Assembly (NCBI RefSeq): GCF_963921235.1
Contig: NC_086108.1
Span: 46,564,001 to 46,628,000 of the forward strand
From: Mobula hypostoma
Taxonomy: Eukaryota
DNA: 64,000 nucleotides
Direction: 5' to 3'
Both the position numbers and the translations under genes were made by a program. The number at the start of each line of letters is the position of its first letter. Position 1 is the stretch's first letter. Below, piece by piece: positions 27,630 to 39,562 of the stretch. The notes beneath the pieces were generated by a model. The model worked only from the letters and a program-made list of their open reading frames with translations, was not told the DNA's origin and ran no database searches.

Positions 27630-30600
27630 ACAAAGGCCACAAGACCACAGGACACAGGAGTAGATTTAGGCCATTCAGCCCATCAGGTTTGCATCACCAT
27701 TCCATCATGGATGATTTATTAACCCCCTCTCCACCCCATTCTTCTGCCTTCTACCTGTAACCCTTCGAAGACCTGATTAATCACCAACCTGTCAACATCT
27801 GCCTTAAATAGACCCAATGACTTGGCCTGCACAGCTGTTTGTGACAATTAATTCCACAGATTCACCAACCTCTGGCTAAAGAATTTTTTCTTATCTCTGT
27901 CCTAAATGGACATTTCTCAATTTTGAGAATGTGTCCACTGATCTTAGTCTCCCCCAGTATCGGAAACATACTCTCAACATTTACTATATGTACTAAACCT
28001 TTAAATATTTGATACATTTCAATGAGATTCATCCTCATTCTTCTAAACTCCAGTGGATACATGCCTAGAGCCATTAAATGTTCCTCATATGTTAAGCCTT
28101 TCATTCTTGGGATCATTCTCTTGAACCTCCTCTGGACCCTCTCCAATCCCAGCACATCCTCCTCAGATAACGGGCCCAAATCTGCTGACAGTCCTCCAAG
28201 CCTGGTCTGGCTAATGCCTTATAAAGCCTCAGCATTACATCCTTGCTTTCGTATTTTATTCCTCTCAAATGAATACTAACATTTGTCTTCCTTTCCACTA
28301 ATTCAACCTGGAAGTTAACCTTTAGGGAATCCTGCATGAGGACTTCTAAGTCCCTTTACACCTCTAGATTTTTAAATTTTCTCCCTATTTAGAAACTAGC
28401 CCACTCCTTTATTCCTTCTGCCAAAGTGGATGGCCATGCACTTCCCTTCATTATATTGCATCTGCCACTTCTTTGCTATTCCCCCAATCTGCCTAAGTCC
28501 TCCTGAAGTTGTTGCCTTCTGTTTGTTTTTAAAAGCATCCCAATCCTCAATATTATATGCCTTCTCTTTTGCCTTTATGTTGTGTAATGTCCTGGTTAAA
28601 ATGTCTACTGCTATGCTGTGAGATAGTTTATATCAGCAGTTTTCTGTAAAAGCAGTGTGCCTTGCTGGAAAGGGTGTTTTGGCCTTGGCTAAGATAAGGA
28701 CCCATGCTGTCCAACTGAGGAATGTGAGTCAGCCAATCAGGATGGCAGGATGTGAGAGAAGGTTCTAGAGAGCTGTGGGAAGAGGATTCCGAAGGACAGT
28801 AGTCTCGTTTAGGGTCTTTTGGCAGGAACTGCGGAGTAGGGCACAAGGGAAGATGCTGCAGAATGCCGTTGGAAGGAGAGTTCTCATTGCAAGAAGTGCT
28901 TTGTGGCTCCAAGAAGAAAAGGTCAATACTCCTGAGAAAGTCAATTTATTTGAGATGGTCTTTGAGGGGAGTTTGGAATGTGGCAGGTTCTTTCATGCAG
29001 TCATGGGCCCAGCATGTGAGTAAAGAGATACACCCCCGACAACCCCAGTATGAGCTCCAATGTTATATGCGCATTGAGCTGGTTTAACTGTAATGGACCC
29101 TTTTATTTTTATTTTCTTTTTCTGTAGCTGTTAATTAAAGGTGAAAACTTGGTAAATATACTTCCTTTATAATTTTATGTTGGTGTATGATCTGTCATTT
29201 CTGGGCTACTGATAACTGTGTATGGGCAGTATTTACACAGCATTTGCTCAAATCGAGGTTTCTTTAATTGGACCATCACAATGTTCCTGTTTGGTTGAAC
29301 CCCAAATCACACCAACCTTAGACATATATTGCTTATAAAAGGTGGCCTTCTCATTGGTGAGTCACGTGGCTGTTACCAGAGTTAGCTAACTAGTCAAGTC
29401 CGTATACAAGCTCTGGTAAGAGGGTCACAGCTATCTTTGACTTCCCTTGTCAGCCACGGTTACTTCAACCACCCGTTAGAATACTTCTTCATCTTTGGGA
29501 TGCACCTTTCCTGCACTTTCCGAATTTACCCCAGAATTCGGAAGGTGGCCATTGTTGTTCTGCCATCATCCCTGCTAGTGTCCCCTTCCAATCAACTATG
29601 ACCACCTTCTACCACATGCCTCTGCAATTCCCTTTACTCCACTTTAATACTGATACATCCAATTTTAGATTCTCTTTCCTCAAACTGCAGTGTGACTTCT
29701 ATCAGATTATGATTACTGCCTCCTAAGTGTTCCTTTACCTTAAGCTCCCTAATCAAATCTGTGTAGCTACATAATACCCAATCCATAATTGTCATTCCCC
29801 GTGTGGCCATCTCATAGACATTCTACAAATTCCCTCTCTTGGGATCTTGCACCAACAGGATTTTCCCAATCAACCTGCATATCGAAATCCCCAATGACTA
29901 TGGCAACATTGCCTTTTTTTACATGGCTTTTCTAACTCCCATTGTAATTTGTAGCCCAGATCCTGGCTACTGCTCAGAGGCCTGTATAAAACTCCCATCA
30001 AGATCCTTTTACCCTTGCAGTTTTTTAACTCTACCCACAACGATTCTACATCTTCTGCTACTCTGTCACCTTTCTAAGGATTTGATTTCATTTTTTAACC
30101 AGAGACACCCCACTCTCTCTGCTTACCTGCCTGTCCTTTCAATACAATGTGTATCCTTGGATTTTAAGCTCCCAAATATGACCTTCTTTCAGCCACAACA
30201 CAGTAGTAGCAACTATGTCATACCTGCCAATTTCTAGCTGCACTACAATATCATCCATCTCATTCCATATCGTGTGTGCATTCAAATGTAATACCTCCAG
30301 TCCTGTATTCATAAATCTTTTCTCATTTTGCTCCCCTGTCCCTTTCACATCCACAGAATCTGCTTTCTGGTCGTCTAACCATAGAATTCCCCTGTCCCTA
30401 CTGCCTCCTCTTCTTCCCACTTCCCTTCTGAGCCACAGAGCCAGACTCAGTGCCAGAGACCTGGTCACTGTGTCTTCCCCCTAATAGGCCTTCCCCCGTA
30501 CAATAGTTTCCAAAACAGTAGGCTTATTATTGAGGGGGACAGCCACAGGTGTACTCTGCTCTGGCTGCCTATTCCCTTTCCTCTGCAGCTTAGGGGGTGA

Positions 30601-31000
30601 CTGCTTCTCTGTAGCTCCTATCTATCACCACCTCATTTTTCCATATGAGACAAAGGTCATTGAGCTGCAGCTCCAGTTCCTTAACACAATCTAAGGAGCT
30701 GCAGCTCTATTCACTTTACACAGATGTAGTTATCAGGGAAACTGGAGCTCTCCCAAAGTTCCTACATCTCACAAAAGGAACATACCACAAAATATGGACC
30801 CATTCTCAATGCAGTAGCTATGTATTAACAAAAACTTATTAGAAACTTAATTACTTAGAACCTCCGCCTGCGCTTGCCCAAGCCTGTACACACTTAAGCC
30901 TACTGAGCCAAAGCCTGGCCACTCTAACACTATCCACTCACACAGTGGCCACTCCACTTACATCTCATTCCTTTTCATTGGCCCCGTGCTGATTTCAGCC
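27630..31000 (-). mobile_element. Old, internally deleted CR1 LINE (ORF2 C-terminus, endonuclease and ORF1 relics), interrupted by a solo LTR
   Basis: LERVQRRF.RMIP at 27862-28179. LHLNAHTIWN...YDIVA at 30139-30468. ORF1-like EVVIDRSYREAVT near 30600-30640. Confidence 0.85.
28583..29429. mobile_element. Solo LTR (847 bp) inserted in CR1
   Basis: TGT...ACA termini, imperfect 4-bp TSD GTTG/GCTA, CR1-like sequence resumes after it, internal CCAAT box. Confidence 0.7.
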
Positions 31001-32049
31001 CACCGAAAACACCAGAGTTCTTATCAAACCTTGCACTGCATCACCAATAAATGACCTCTCGCTCTAATGGCAACCCACCAACAAAGAAGCTAATGAGTAG
31101 GAGAGCTTGTTCGGGGACAAAATTTGTAATCAGCTGGACTGTTGGGGAAAGAACATTTGAGGGCTGATTTGTGGGAGAAACCAGGAAAGTACTCCTGCTC
31201 CTCTGGCCCATAAGAGTGCACTTATGAAAATGATTTCCTACTGCCCCTTAAACTATTTAATCATTTACCAAGTCTTGTATTTTTAATATTATACTCCTGA
31301 TTCTCTAGCCTAAATCAAAGTGAACCCCATTTTAACCAATCAGAAAATCATTGCTATGTCTCTTGAGCCATTGCTGGATGGTGAGCGAAGGAGAGGTGAT
31401 GGTGGAAAAGGTGCAAAGATCATGAATTCTGTTAAACCTTATAATATTGAGGTAATTTAGTTGGAAAATTCAAAAAAAATATATAAATATACTAGGCATA
31501 TCAGTTGTAATGGACTTAGAACATGAAATAGGCCCTTCCTTGTCTGCACCACTCAAGTGAAAGGAGCTTCCACTTAAAATGTTGCGAGGCCTTCTTTTTG
31601 CCAATTAAATATCCAGTTTACCAATATTCATTTGAGACCACGTAGACAAATATATTTATTATGTGGTACTTTATCAACAGATGTTGGAACTTCATGTATA
31701 CAACACCTTTATTTAATTAATTTCATCGGCTCTTTCTTTGTTGAAGAATTCAAACACCTGAGATTTACATCCTTTAACAAAGCCACCGCGGTCATCTCCC
31801 ACTGTGGAATTCCAACTAAAAATTAATTCATGCCTTGTTAATGATCACCCGTAGTTTTCCCCGTAATTGTGAGTTCTTTCAATTCCCTTTTATATTGTCC
31901 ACTACTTTTTGTACGGTCTGTGGTCACTTTTTACCCTTTGAAACTTCTCTTTCACAATACTGTATTTGTCAATGTGGAGCAGAGAATGAGTTTGTAAACC
32001 TGGCAGAAACAAACAACGTTGGGAGTGGCGCTGCATGAGGGGTGAGGGA

Positions 32050-32616
32050 CAGATGGCAGAGGAGAGCCAGGGTGGAAGGAGGCATGGGTGCAGACACAGC
32101 CAGCCCCGAGACACCCAGCAACTTCATCTGATTCTAAACAATTGATTTATTGTTCATGACAGAATGTCTCTCTGGTGCTTCCCACTCCCTCCCCTCTCTC
32201 AACTCTTTCCTGAAGCATGATTGCCCTCTTCCCACTCCCAGTCCACAACAGAGACCCATATCAGAATCAGGTTCATCATCACTCACATACATCATGAAAT
32301 GTGTTTGTTTTTTTTGTGGCAGCAGTACAGTGCAAAAAAACAAAATTACTACAGTACTGTGAATAAGCCCTTGCTATATCTATGTGTCTAAGAGTTTTGC
32401 AAAGTACAGACTACTTTGCCTACACTGCATTTGTCTAATTCACGGTTGGGAAAAGTTAGAAGGGAGAGGAGAGGGAGTAGGAGGCACCGGAGAGACATTT
32501 TGTAGGGATCAATAGATCAATTGTCTGGAATCAAATGACCTTACCTGGTGTCTCAGGGCTGGGTCTGTCTGCACCCACACCATTCCCTACCCCTGGAATT
32601 CCTCCGCTGCCACCTG
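32050..32616. repeat. Inverted pair of ~150-bp repeat fragments (32050-32200 and 32468-32616) around a LINE-tail/MITE-like spacer
   Basis: GGGTGCAGACACAGCCAGCCCCGAGACACC matches the reverse complement of GGTGTCTCAGGGCTGGGTCTGTCTGCACCC. The match extends along both arms. Confidence 0.8.
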
Positions 32617-32859
32617 AATTGGGTATCTATCTTCATTGCAGTACTTTTTTAAAAGTTCTTTTCCCTTTCTCTTCTGCGGCTTCTGGCTATGGATGATCCT
32701 TTCCTTCTCGTATTTTTGATAAATGACTTGGCTAAAGCCATAATCCTCAACTGATTGCATTGATAATCAAGGGTTTTGCACTTTATGGATTAACACATTT
32801 ACTGTACTATATATACGTTTGTACAAGCATTTGCTCAATGCAATGAATAGTGCATAGCA

Positions 32860-33252
32860 GAAACTCAGCCAGCTCATCATGAACACTAGTCTCCCCAGCA
32901 TTGAGGACATTTTTAAAAGGCGATGCCTCAAAAAGGGGGCGAGCATCATTAAGGACCCCCAGCACCCAGGTCATGTCCTATTCTCAGTGTTGCTGGTACA
33001 GGAGCCTGAAGATACACACTCAACAATTCAGGAACAGCTTCTTCCCCTCCACTCTCAGATTTCTGAATGGACAATGAATCCATGAACACGACCTCAGTAT
33101 TTTTCCCTCTCTTTCTAAACTACTTATTGAATTTAATGTTCTCCTTTTATATACTTTTTATTGTAATTTATAGGGTTTATTATTATGTATTGCAATGTAC
33201 TGCTGCCATAAGTTTAATAACACATGCCCGATATATTAAATCTGATTCTGAT
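32860..33252 (+). mobile_element. Rex1/Babar-like LINE 3' end
   Basis: LPSIEDIF..RCLKK.ASIIKDP.HPGH C-terminal motif and TCTGATTCTGA tail. Confidence 0.8.
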
Positions 33253-33524
33253 ATCTGGTCATGAATAGTTAATAATACTGACACTGTTTCATATGTAGCA
33301 CTAGAACAAGAATAACCTCGTGTATTTTCTTGTGGCCTTTTCTTTATGTAAATAAATGAGGTTACAGTTCTTTTGGCTGGTGGTTTCACTGTTGTATTCT
33401 GTGCTCCCTCTACCACTACCAGTCCATCCTCCAAGCAGTCTGCTAAAGCCCAGATGAATTACACTGCATCAGGCAAACGTTACACAAGTTTACTTTCCCA
33501 AACTTCAAAAAAATCTTCACTCAC

Positions 33525-33533
33525 CATTTTCAT
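33525..33533 (-). CDS. Selectin exon 1 coding part (MKM)
   Basis: ATG AAA ATG|GTGAGT strong donor, phase 0, compatible with exon 2. A first exon ending at a Met matches SELP/SELL gene structure. Confidence 0.75.
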
Positions 33534-33599
33534 TAGATAGTATATCTGTAAGAGCGTGGTTTCCAGTCCTCACAGCTTCGTGGTTATCCACCTTCTGCA

Positions 33600-33750
33600 G
33601 TTAATTCTTCAACAGCAGGAGTATAAAGCTTAACATCTGCGTGGATTTCCTGAAGAACTGTTGATTTGGGACTCGCCCACTTCTGCTTTTCTGAGAAGCT
33701 CCTCGCGCATGCGGAAAACTATACAATTCCTTTAATGAAGTTTCCATTTG
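33600..33750 (-). promoter_or_regulatory. Putative selectin proximal promoter
   Basis: Unique DNA just upstream of exon 1. TTTATA (minus, 33622-27), kB-like GTGGATTTCC (33641-50) overlapping an ETS core CAGGAAAT, GAS motif TTCTGAGAA (33689-97), and GCGCATGCG (~33705). Confidence 0.5.
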
Positions 33751-34239
33751 ATAACTGTCTATCCTTGTATTATTTTTCCAAAGACAGTGTCTTATTTTAA
33801 ATTATTCTTAGTTATTTTGGCTTCAAAAGGAAGAGGAGGTGTGCTGGGGCTGTATCTCCTCATCGGAGGATAACCAACCACCATTTAGAAATATATTTCT
33901 TACTCTGACTTACAGCTTTTTATGGATTATGCTGTACTGCTGCCACAAAACAGCAAATTTCACAACATATGTCAGTGATATTAAACTTGATTGTGATAAG
34001 GAAGGAGAGAGAACAAAGGAGAAGACTCATTACTTTCTCCCCATTTACTAGCTGTTGCTATCAGCAACCATATCTTTGCAAATTCTGATTAGAACATACA
34101 AAACAAAAATGATTTTTGATGATTTTGCAAAATAATCTGTAGGTTTAATATAATAATGTGAGATGTTAACATATTGCACCTCATACAGAGGTGCAGTGTG
34201 CTGACATTTCGAAGATCTCATATTATACTAATGTAGTGT

Positions 34240-35026
34240 ACCATTACAGACACTTGGCTTCATGAGGGACAGGACTGGCTGCTCAGTATCGCTAAGTTTC
34301 ATTGTTTCAGATGTGATGGGGAGGGGGACGGATAAAAGAGGTGGAAGGGTTGCACTACTGATAAGACAAGAGTGTTACAACAGTACTCAGGGTGGACGCA
34401 CTGACGGGGTCATCCACACAGGCAATTTGGGTGGAGCTCAGAAATAAGAAATGTGCAATTATACTGATGGGATTATACTATGAGCTCCCCAATAGCCACC
34501 AAGAGATGTAGGAACAGACACTGATTATGGAAAAGTGAATAGTGAGAGACTTCAACTTCTTCAAAATTGATTGGAGCTTCCTTATACATGAGACTTAGAT
34601 GGGGCGGGATTGCTTTGGTGCATCCAGAAGGGCTTCTTGAAGTAAAATCTGGACAGCCCAGCCAGAGGAGAGGACATACTGGACCTGGGTTTGGGAAATG
34701 GGCTAGGATAGGTGACAGGCCTGACAGTGGGAATAGTGACAACTCACTACATTTTAAGATACTTATGAGTAAGGATAAAATCAGATCTTGTACTAAACCA
34801 GTTACTAAATTGGGGAAAGGTAAATTACGATGGGATAGATAGAATCTAAGGAGTGTTGATTGGGAGCAGCTGCTTCTGGACAAGTCTATATATGTGGGAG
34901 ATGATAGGAACCAGCTGTTCAGAGTTCAGGAAATGCACGTTCTGGTAAGGCATTAGGACAAGGATGGGGAAGTAAGGGAACCCTGGATGGCCAAAGATAT
35001 CGTAAACTTAGTCAGAAAAGAAAGCA
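34240..35026 (+). mobile_element. Degenerate CR1 endonuclease-region fragment
   Basis: KRGGRVALLIR and WVELRNKK-like segments, similar to 39790-40600. Confidence 0.7.
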
Positions 35027-35028
35027 TA

Positions 35029-36125
35029 CACTGCCTATAAAAAGTATTCACTCCCCTGGAAGTTTTCATGTTTTATTGTGTTACAACATGGAATCACAAT
35101 GGATTTAATTTGGCTTTTTTGATACTGATCAACAGAAATGACCCTTTCATAGCAAAGTGAAACAAATGTCTACAAATTTGTCTGAATTTATTACAATTAT
35201 TAAACACAATATAGTTGATTGCATAATTACTCACCCCCTTCAAGTCAAGTAGATGCACCTTTGGCAGCAATTACAGTCTTGATTCTGTGTGGATAGGTCT
35301 CTAACAGCTTTGCACATGTGGACACTGCAATTTTCCTCCATTCTTCTTTACAGAACTGCTCAGGCTTTGTCAGATTGCATGGGGATTGTGAGTGAACATC
35401 CCTTTTCAAGTCTCAATTGGATCGAGGTCTGGACTCTGACTTGGCCACTCCAGACATTTGTTGATTTTAAGCCATTCCTGTGTAGCTTTGGCTTTATGCC
35501 TGGGGTCATTGCCTTACTGGAAAACAAATCTTCTCCCAAGTCACAGTTCTTTTGCAGACTGCATCAGATTTTCCTCCAGGATTTAACTGTATTTTGCGGC
35601 ATTCATTTTACCCTCTACCTTCACGAGCCTTCCAGGGCCTGCTGCAGTGAAGCATCCCCACAGCATGATGCAGCCACCACCATGCTTCATGGTAGGGATG
35701 GTGTGTTTTTTGATGAAGTTCAGTGTTTGGCTTACACCAAACATAATGTTTTATCTGATAGACCAAAAGCTCAATCTTGGTTTCATCAGAAGATAATTTC
35801 TTCCAGCTGACTTCAGAGTCTCCCAAATGCTTTCTGGCAAATTCTAGCTGAGATTTCATGTGAGTTTTTTCAGCAGTGTCTTTTTCTTTGCCAGTCTCCC
35901 ATAAAGTTGTGACTGGTGAAGCACACAATCTCTCCCATCTCAGTCACTGAAGCTTGTAACTCCTCCAGAGTTGTCACAGGCCTCTCTCATTAGTTCCCTT
36001 GGTCACTCAGTTTTTGAGGACAGCCTGCTCCAGGCCAATTTACAGCTGTGCCGTGTTCTTTCCATTTCTTGATGATTAACTTAACTGTACTCCAAGGGGT
36101 ACAGTTGACTTGCAGATGTTCTTGT
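35029..36125 (-). mobile_element. Truncated Tc1/mariner transposon (one TIR plus transposase relic)
   Basis: TA|CACTGCCTATAAAAAGTATTCAC TIR. Minus-strand translation LEFARKHL...SDETKIEL and KHGGGCIMLWGCF. Confidence 0.85.
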
Positions 36126-37435
36126 ATCAACAATCATGAAGCGCTTTGAGAGGCTGGTAATGGATCACATAAACTCCAACCTTCCAGCCACATGGGAGCC
36201 TTTCCAGTATGCCTACCACTCAAAATGGTCCACTGATGATGCCATAGCCTCAGCTTTGAAAACTTCCTTGTACGCCAGGATGTTGTTCATCGACCAGCTT
36301 GGTGTTTAACATGATCTTCCCTGAAGTTAGTGGGTAAACTGTATTTGCTGGGACTCAAAGCCCTGGATTCCAACCTCAAAGACTGCAACTGGATCTCAGG
36401 CTTCTTGACGGGAAGACCAAAGCCAGTCGGAATTGGTAGTGACATCTCAAACTCCATCACAGGTGCCCCCCACCAATGTGTGCTCAGACCACTGCTGTTC
36501 ACACTTCTGACTCACCACTGTACTGCCAGATTTAGCTCAAGCCACATCAAGTTCACTGATGATACTACAGTGGTTGGCCTCACCAGCAACAATGATGAGT
36601 TGGTATACAGAGAGGGGTAAAGAGGCTTGTCAAACAGTGTGAGAATAAGAACCTGAGTCTCAACGTTACATGACAAAGGAGATGACTGTGGACTTCAGGA
36701 AGGCACAGGTTGACCTCTCTCCATTGCACATCAATGACTCTGCCATGGAGAGGGTGAAGAGCACAAAGTTCCTGTTATGTATAGCACATAACAGACTATC
36801 TAACCTGGACCCACAAGACCCCTTCACTAGTCAAGAAGGCACAACAATATTTACATTATCTGAGGAGACTGAGACATGCAAACATCCCTGCTTTCATTCT
36901 AAAAACTTTCTATAGGAGCACCACTGAGCGGGTCCTGTCTGGCTTTCTGGAAGTTGCAAGGTATCGAACAGTAAGCACCTCTGAACGAATCACTGGAGTC
37001 TCCCTCCCCGCTATTTGTGACATTTATCAGGGGCATTGCAAACGAAGGGCGCAAAGTATTGTTGAGGATCCCTGCTACCCACTCCACAATCTCTTTGCCC
37101 CACTACCATGAGGAAGAAGGTACAGGAGCATCAGGACTAGCACTGCCAAACTGTGTAACAGCTTTTTCCCTCAGGCTGTGAACCTAACATCTACCCAGCC
37201 ATCACTGAGGTCTCGTGACCAGGACAGCGATCTATTTACTGCACCAATTACTGTTTACTATTTACCTGTGCTGCACTTACTACAAGCATTTTGAGTTATA
37301 TTTTACTAACTTATTTAGAGTATAGTACAGTATTTTGGTTTATATGCTATATGGGATATATATTGTGCAGGTGCACCATGGCCCAGATGAATGTTGTTTC
37401 TTTTGTTGAATTTATGTACAGTCAGAACTTGAACC
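36126..37435 (+). mobile_element. Rex1/Babar-like LINE, degenerate RT and 3' end
   Basis: MKRFERLV, GAP.QCVL.PLLF, KFTDDTTVVGL, TKEMTVDFRK, and GAACTTGAAC tail. Confidence 0.85.
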
Positions 37436-38620
37436 TCTAAGGAATAACATGTAAAGCCTATTCAACTTTGTCCTTTATAATAGAAACTAGAGTTTTATGT
37501 TTTGGTAAGAACTATAACATGTTTCTTTCTGTGTATTAAGTAATTAAAATGTGTGGGTAAGAAAGAAACCATAATAAATCCCAGTAATCAAATGAAAGTA
37601 CTGATGGTGAAAGACAAGTAAATATAAGGAGGATATTTGTCTTGAGAATATGATTCATAAATACAACAAATGGGGGTTATAATCTGCTGACACTGAAATA
37701 TTTGAGAAAGAGCATTTGAGATCCTTTGTTTGTATGATAAAGATTGGAATGTGAAGTTAAAGTCCAGCTGGAGCAGGTTTGATTGAGAATATCCTGAAGC
37801 ATTTTCACCAAAAAGGATGATGAAAGATTCTTGAAAGATTTTAATGTCTAAATCAGATGGAAGTCAATAGAAACACTGTCAAAAAAAAGTAACATGACAG
37901 AATCACTTATTAACTGTTGGTGGCAAGAGAAGATTGGCTTACCACTCTTGTTCATCTGAAAGTGATAAATAAGCAAGCCAGACATTTGAAATGGTGTGGT
38001 GAATGTATGATTGATTCAGTCCATATCATAATTTTAAAATGAGTGTATTTCATTTGTTAAATACAACGTTCTGTGAAATTTCCCTAACCGATACATTTGT
38101 GGTGAACTCATAGAAAATGGACCCCTTGCGTTTTTTTAACAGTTCACTGGCACTGATTGTGGGAAGTTCCTGAAGTTCTTATCTCATCATGTACATTGTT
38201 TTGGGGCCTCGGCTTCTGGTATTGAGATTCAATCCATTGCCTTGTATGCTTGTGTCTGCAAGATCTCATAGTAACTTCCCCTGCTCCTATCAACTTGCTC
38301 CATCAAACCCTCCAGTCCAGTGCTGGGTTGGAAACTCTTGGAGCCTTATTTCTCATGTTATGCCATTCTTCCAAGAATTACAGCAGACTGACTTTCATGA
38401 AATGACCCCCACCATGACAAAGGAAAGTCAGTGGATGTTGTTTACTTGTATTTGCAGAAGGTTTTGACAAGGTGCAGCTGCAGCACATGAGGCTGCCTAA
38501 CCAGTGGGAAGCGGCCAGTGCATGAGTGGGCCAGTGAAGGAGTGGAGCTTTGAGGCTTTGACTCGAGAGGCTTCGACAAGAAGAGGCAGAGGACAAGCTA
38601 GCTCGCAGTTAGTTTTTACA

Positions 38621-39562
38621 ATGTCCCCTGAGACGGTGATGTGCCTCTCATGTGAGATGTGGCAGTCTTGGGGGAACGCCCCTCTCCCGCAGAGTCACAT
38701 CCGCCAGAAGTGCATACGGCTGGGCGATCTGGAAGACTGTGTAAGGAATCTGGAGCAGCAGCTGGATGACCTTCGACTCATAAGGGAGAATGAGGCAGTC
38801 ATAGATGAGAGCTACAGGGAGGTAGTCACACCTAGGCTGTCGGAAGCAGGTTGTTGGGTGACAGTCAGAGAGGGGAAAGCGAAGGTGAGCAGACAGGTAG
38901 TGCAGAGCACCCCTGTAGCCATTCCCCTGAATAATAAGTTTACCATCCTGGATACTGTTGGCGGGGACGACCGACCAGGTGTGAGCCACGGTGGCAGGGC
39001 CTCCGGCACTGAGTCTGACCCTGTGGTGCAGAAGGGTGGGACGGAGAAGAGGAGAGCTGTCGTCATTGGAGACTCTATAGTCAGGGGAGCAGACAGGAGA
39101 TTTTGTGGACATGAGAAGGACACTCACATGGTTTGTTGCCTCCTGGGTGCCAGGGTCCGGGATGTCTCTGACTGGGTGCATGACATCCTGGTACAAGAGG
39201 GAAAGCAACCAGAAGTCGTGATACATGTTGGGACCAACGACATAGGCAGGAAGAGGGATGAGGTCCTGAAGTGTGAGCTTCAGGAATTAGGCAGAAGGCT
39301 GAAGAACAGGACCTCAAGGGTGACGTTCTCAGGATTGCTGCCAGTGCTACGTGACAGAGATGGTAAGAATTGGAGGAGATGGCAGTTGAATGCGTGGCTG
39401 AGGAGTTGGCGCAGGGAGCAGGGTTTTAGATTTTTAGATCATTGGGATCTCTTCTGGGGAAGGTGGGACCTGTACAGATTGGATGGGTTGCACCTGAACT
39501 CGAGGGGGAGCAATATCCTTGCAGGTAGGTTTGCTAGCATGGTTTGGGAGGGTTTAAACTAA
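38621..39562 (+). CDS. CR1 ORF1p: zinc finger, coiled coil and SGNH/GDSL esterase domain
   Basis: CLSC..HIRQKC, VRNLEQQLDDL, VVIGDSIVR, HVGTND, DGLHLN. Frame is open. Confidence 0.92.
   Translation: MSPETVMCLSCEMWQSWGNAPLPQSHIRQKCIRLGDLEDCVRNLEQQLDDLRLIRENEAVIDESYREVVTPRLSEAGCWVTVREGKAKVSRQVVQSTPVAIPLNNKFTILDTVGGDDRPGVSHGGRASGTESDPVVQKGGTEKRRAVVIGDSIVRGADRRFCGHEKDTHMVCCLLGARVRDVSDWVHDILVQEGKQPEVVIHVGTNDIGRKRDEVLKCELQELGRRLKNRTSRVTFSGLLPVLRDRDGKNWRRWQLNAWLRSWRREQGFRFLDHWDLFWGRWDLYRLDGLHLNSRGSNILAGRFASMVWEGLN

Noticed and set aside
38621..39562. Host GDSL lipase/esterase gene
   Set aside because: It sits directly upstream of a CR1 ORF2. Esterase domains are a known CR1 ORF1 feature.
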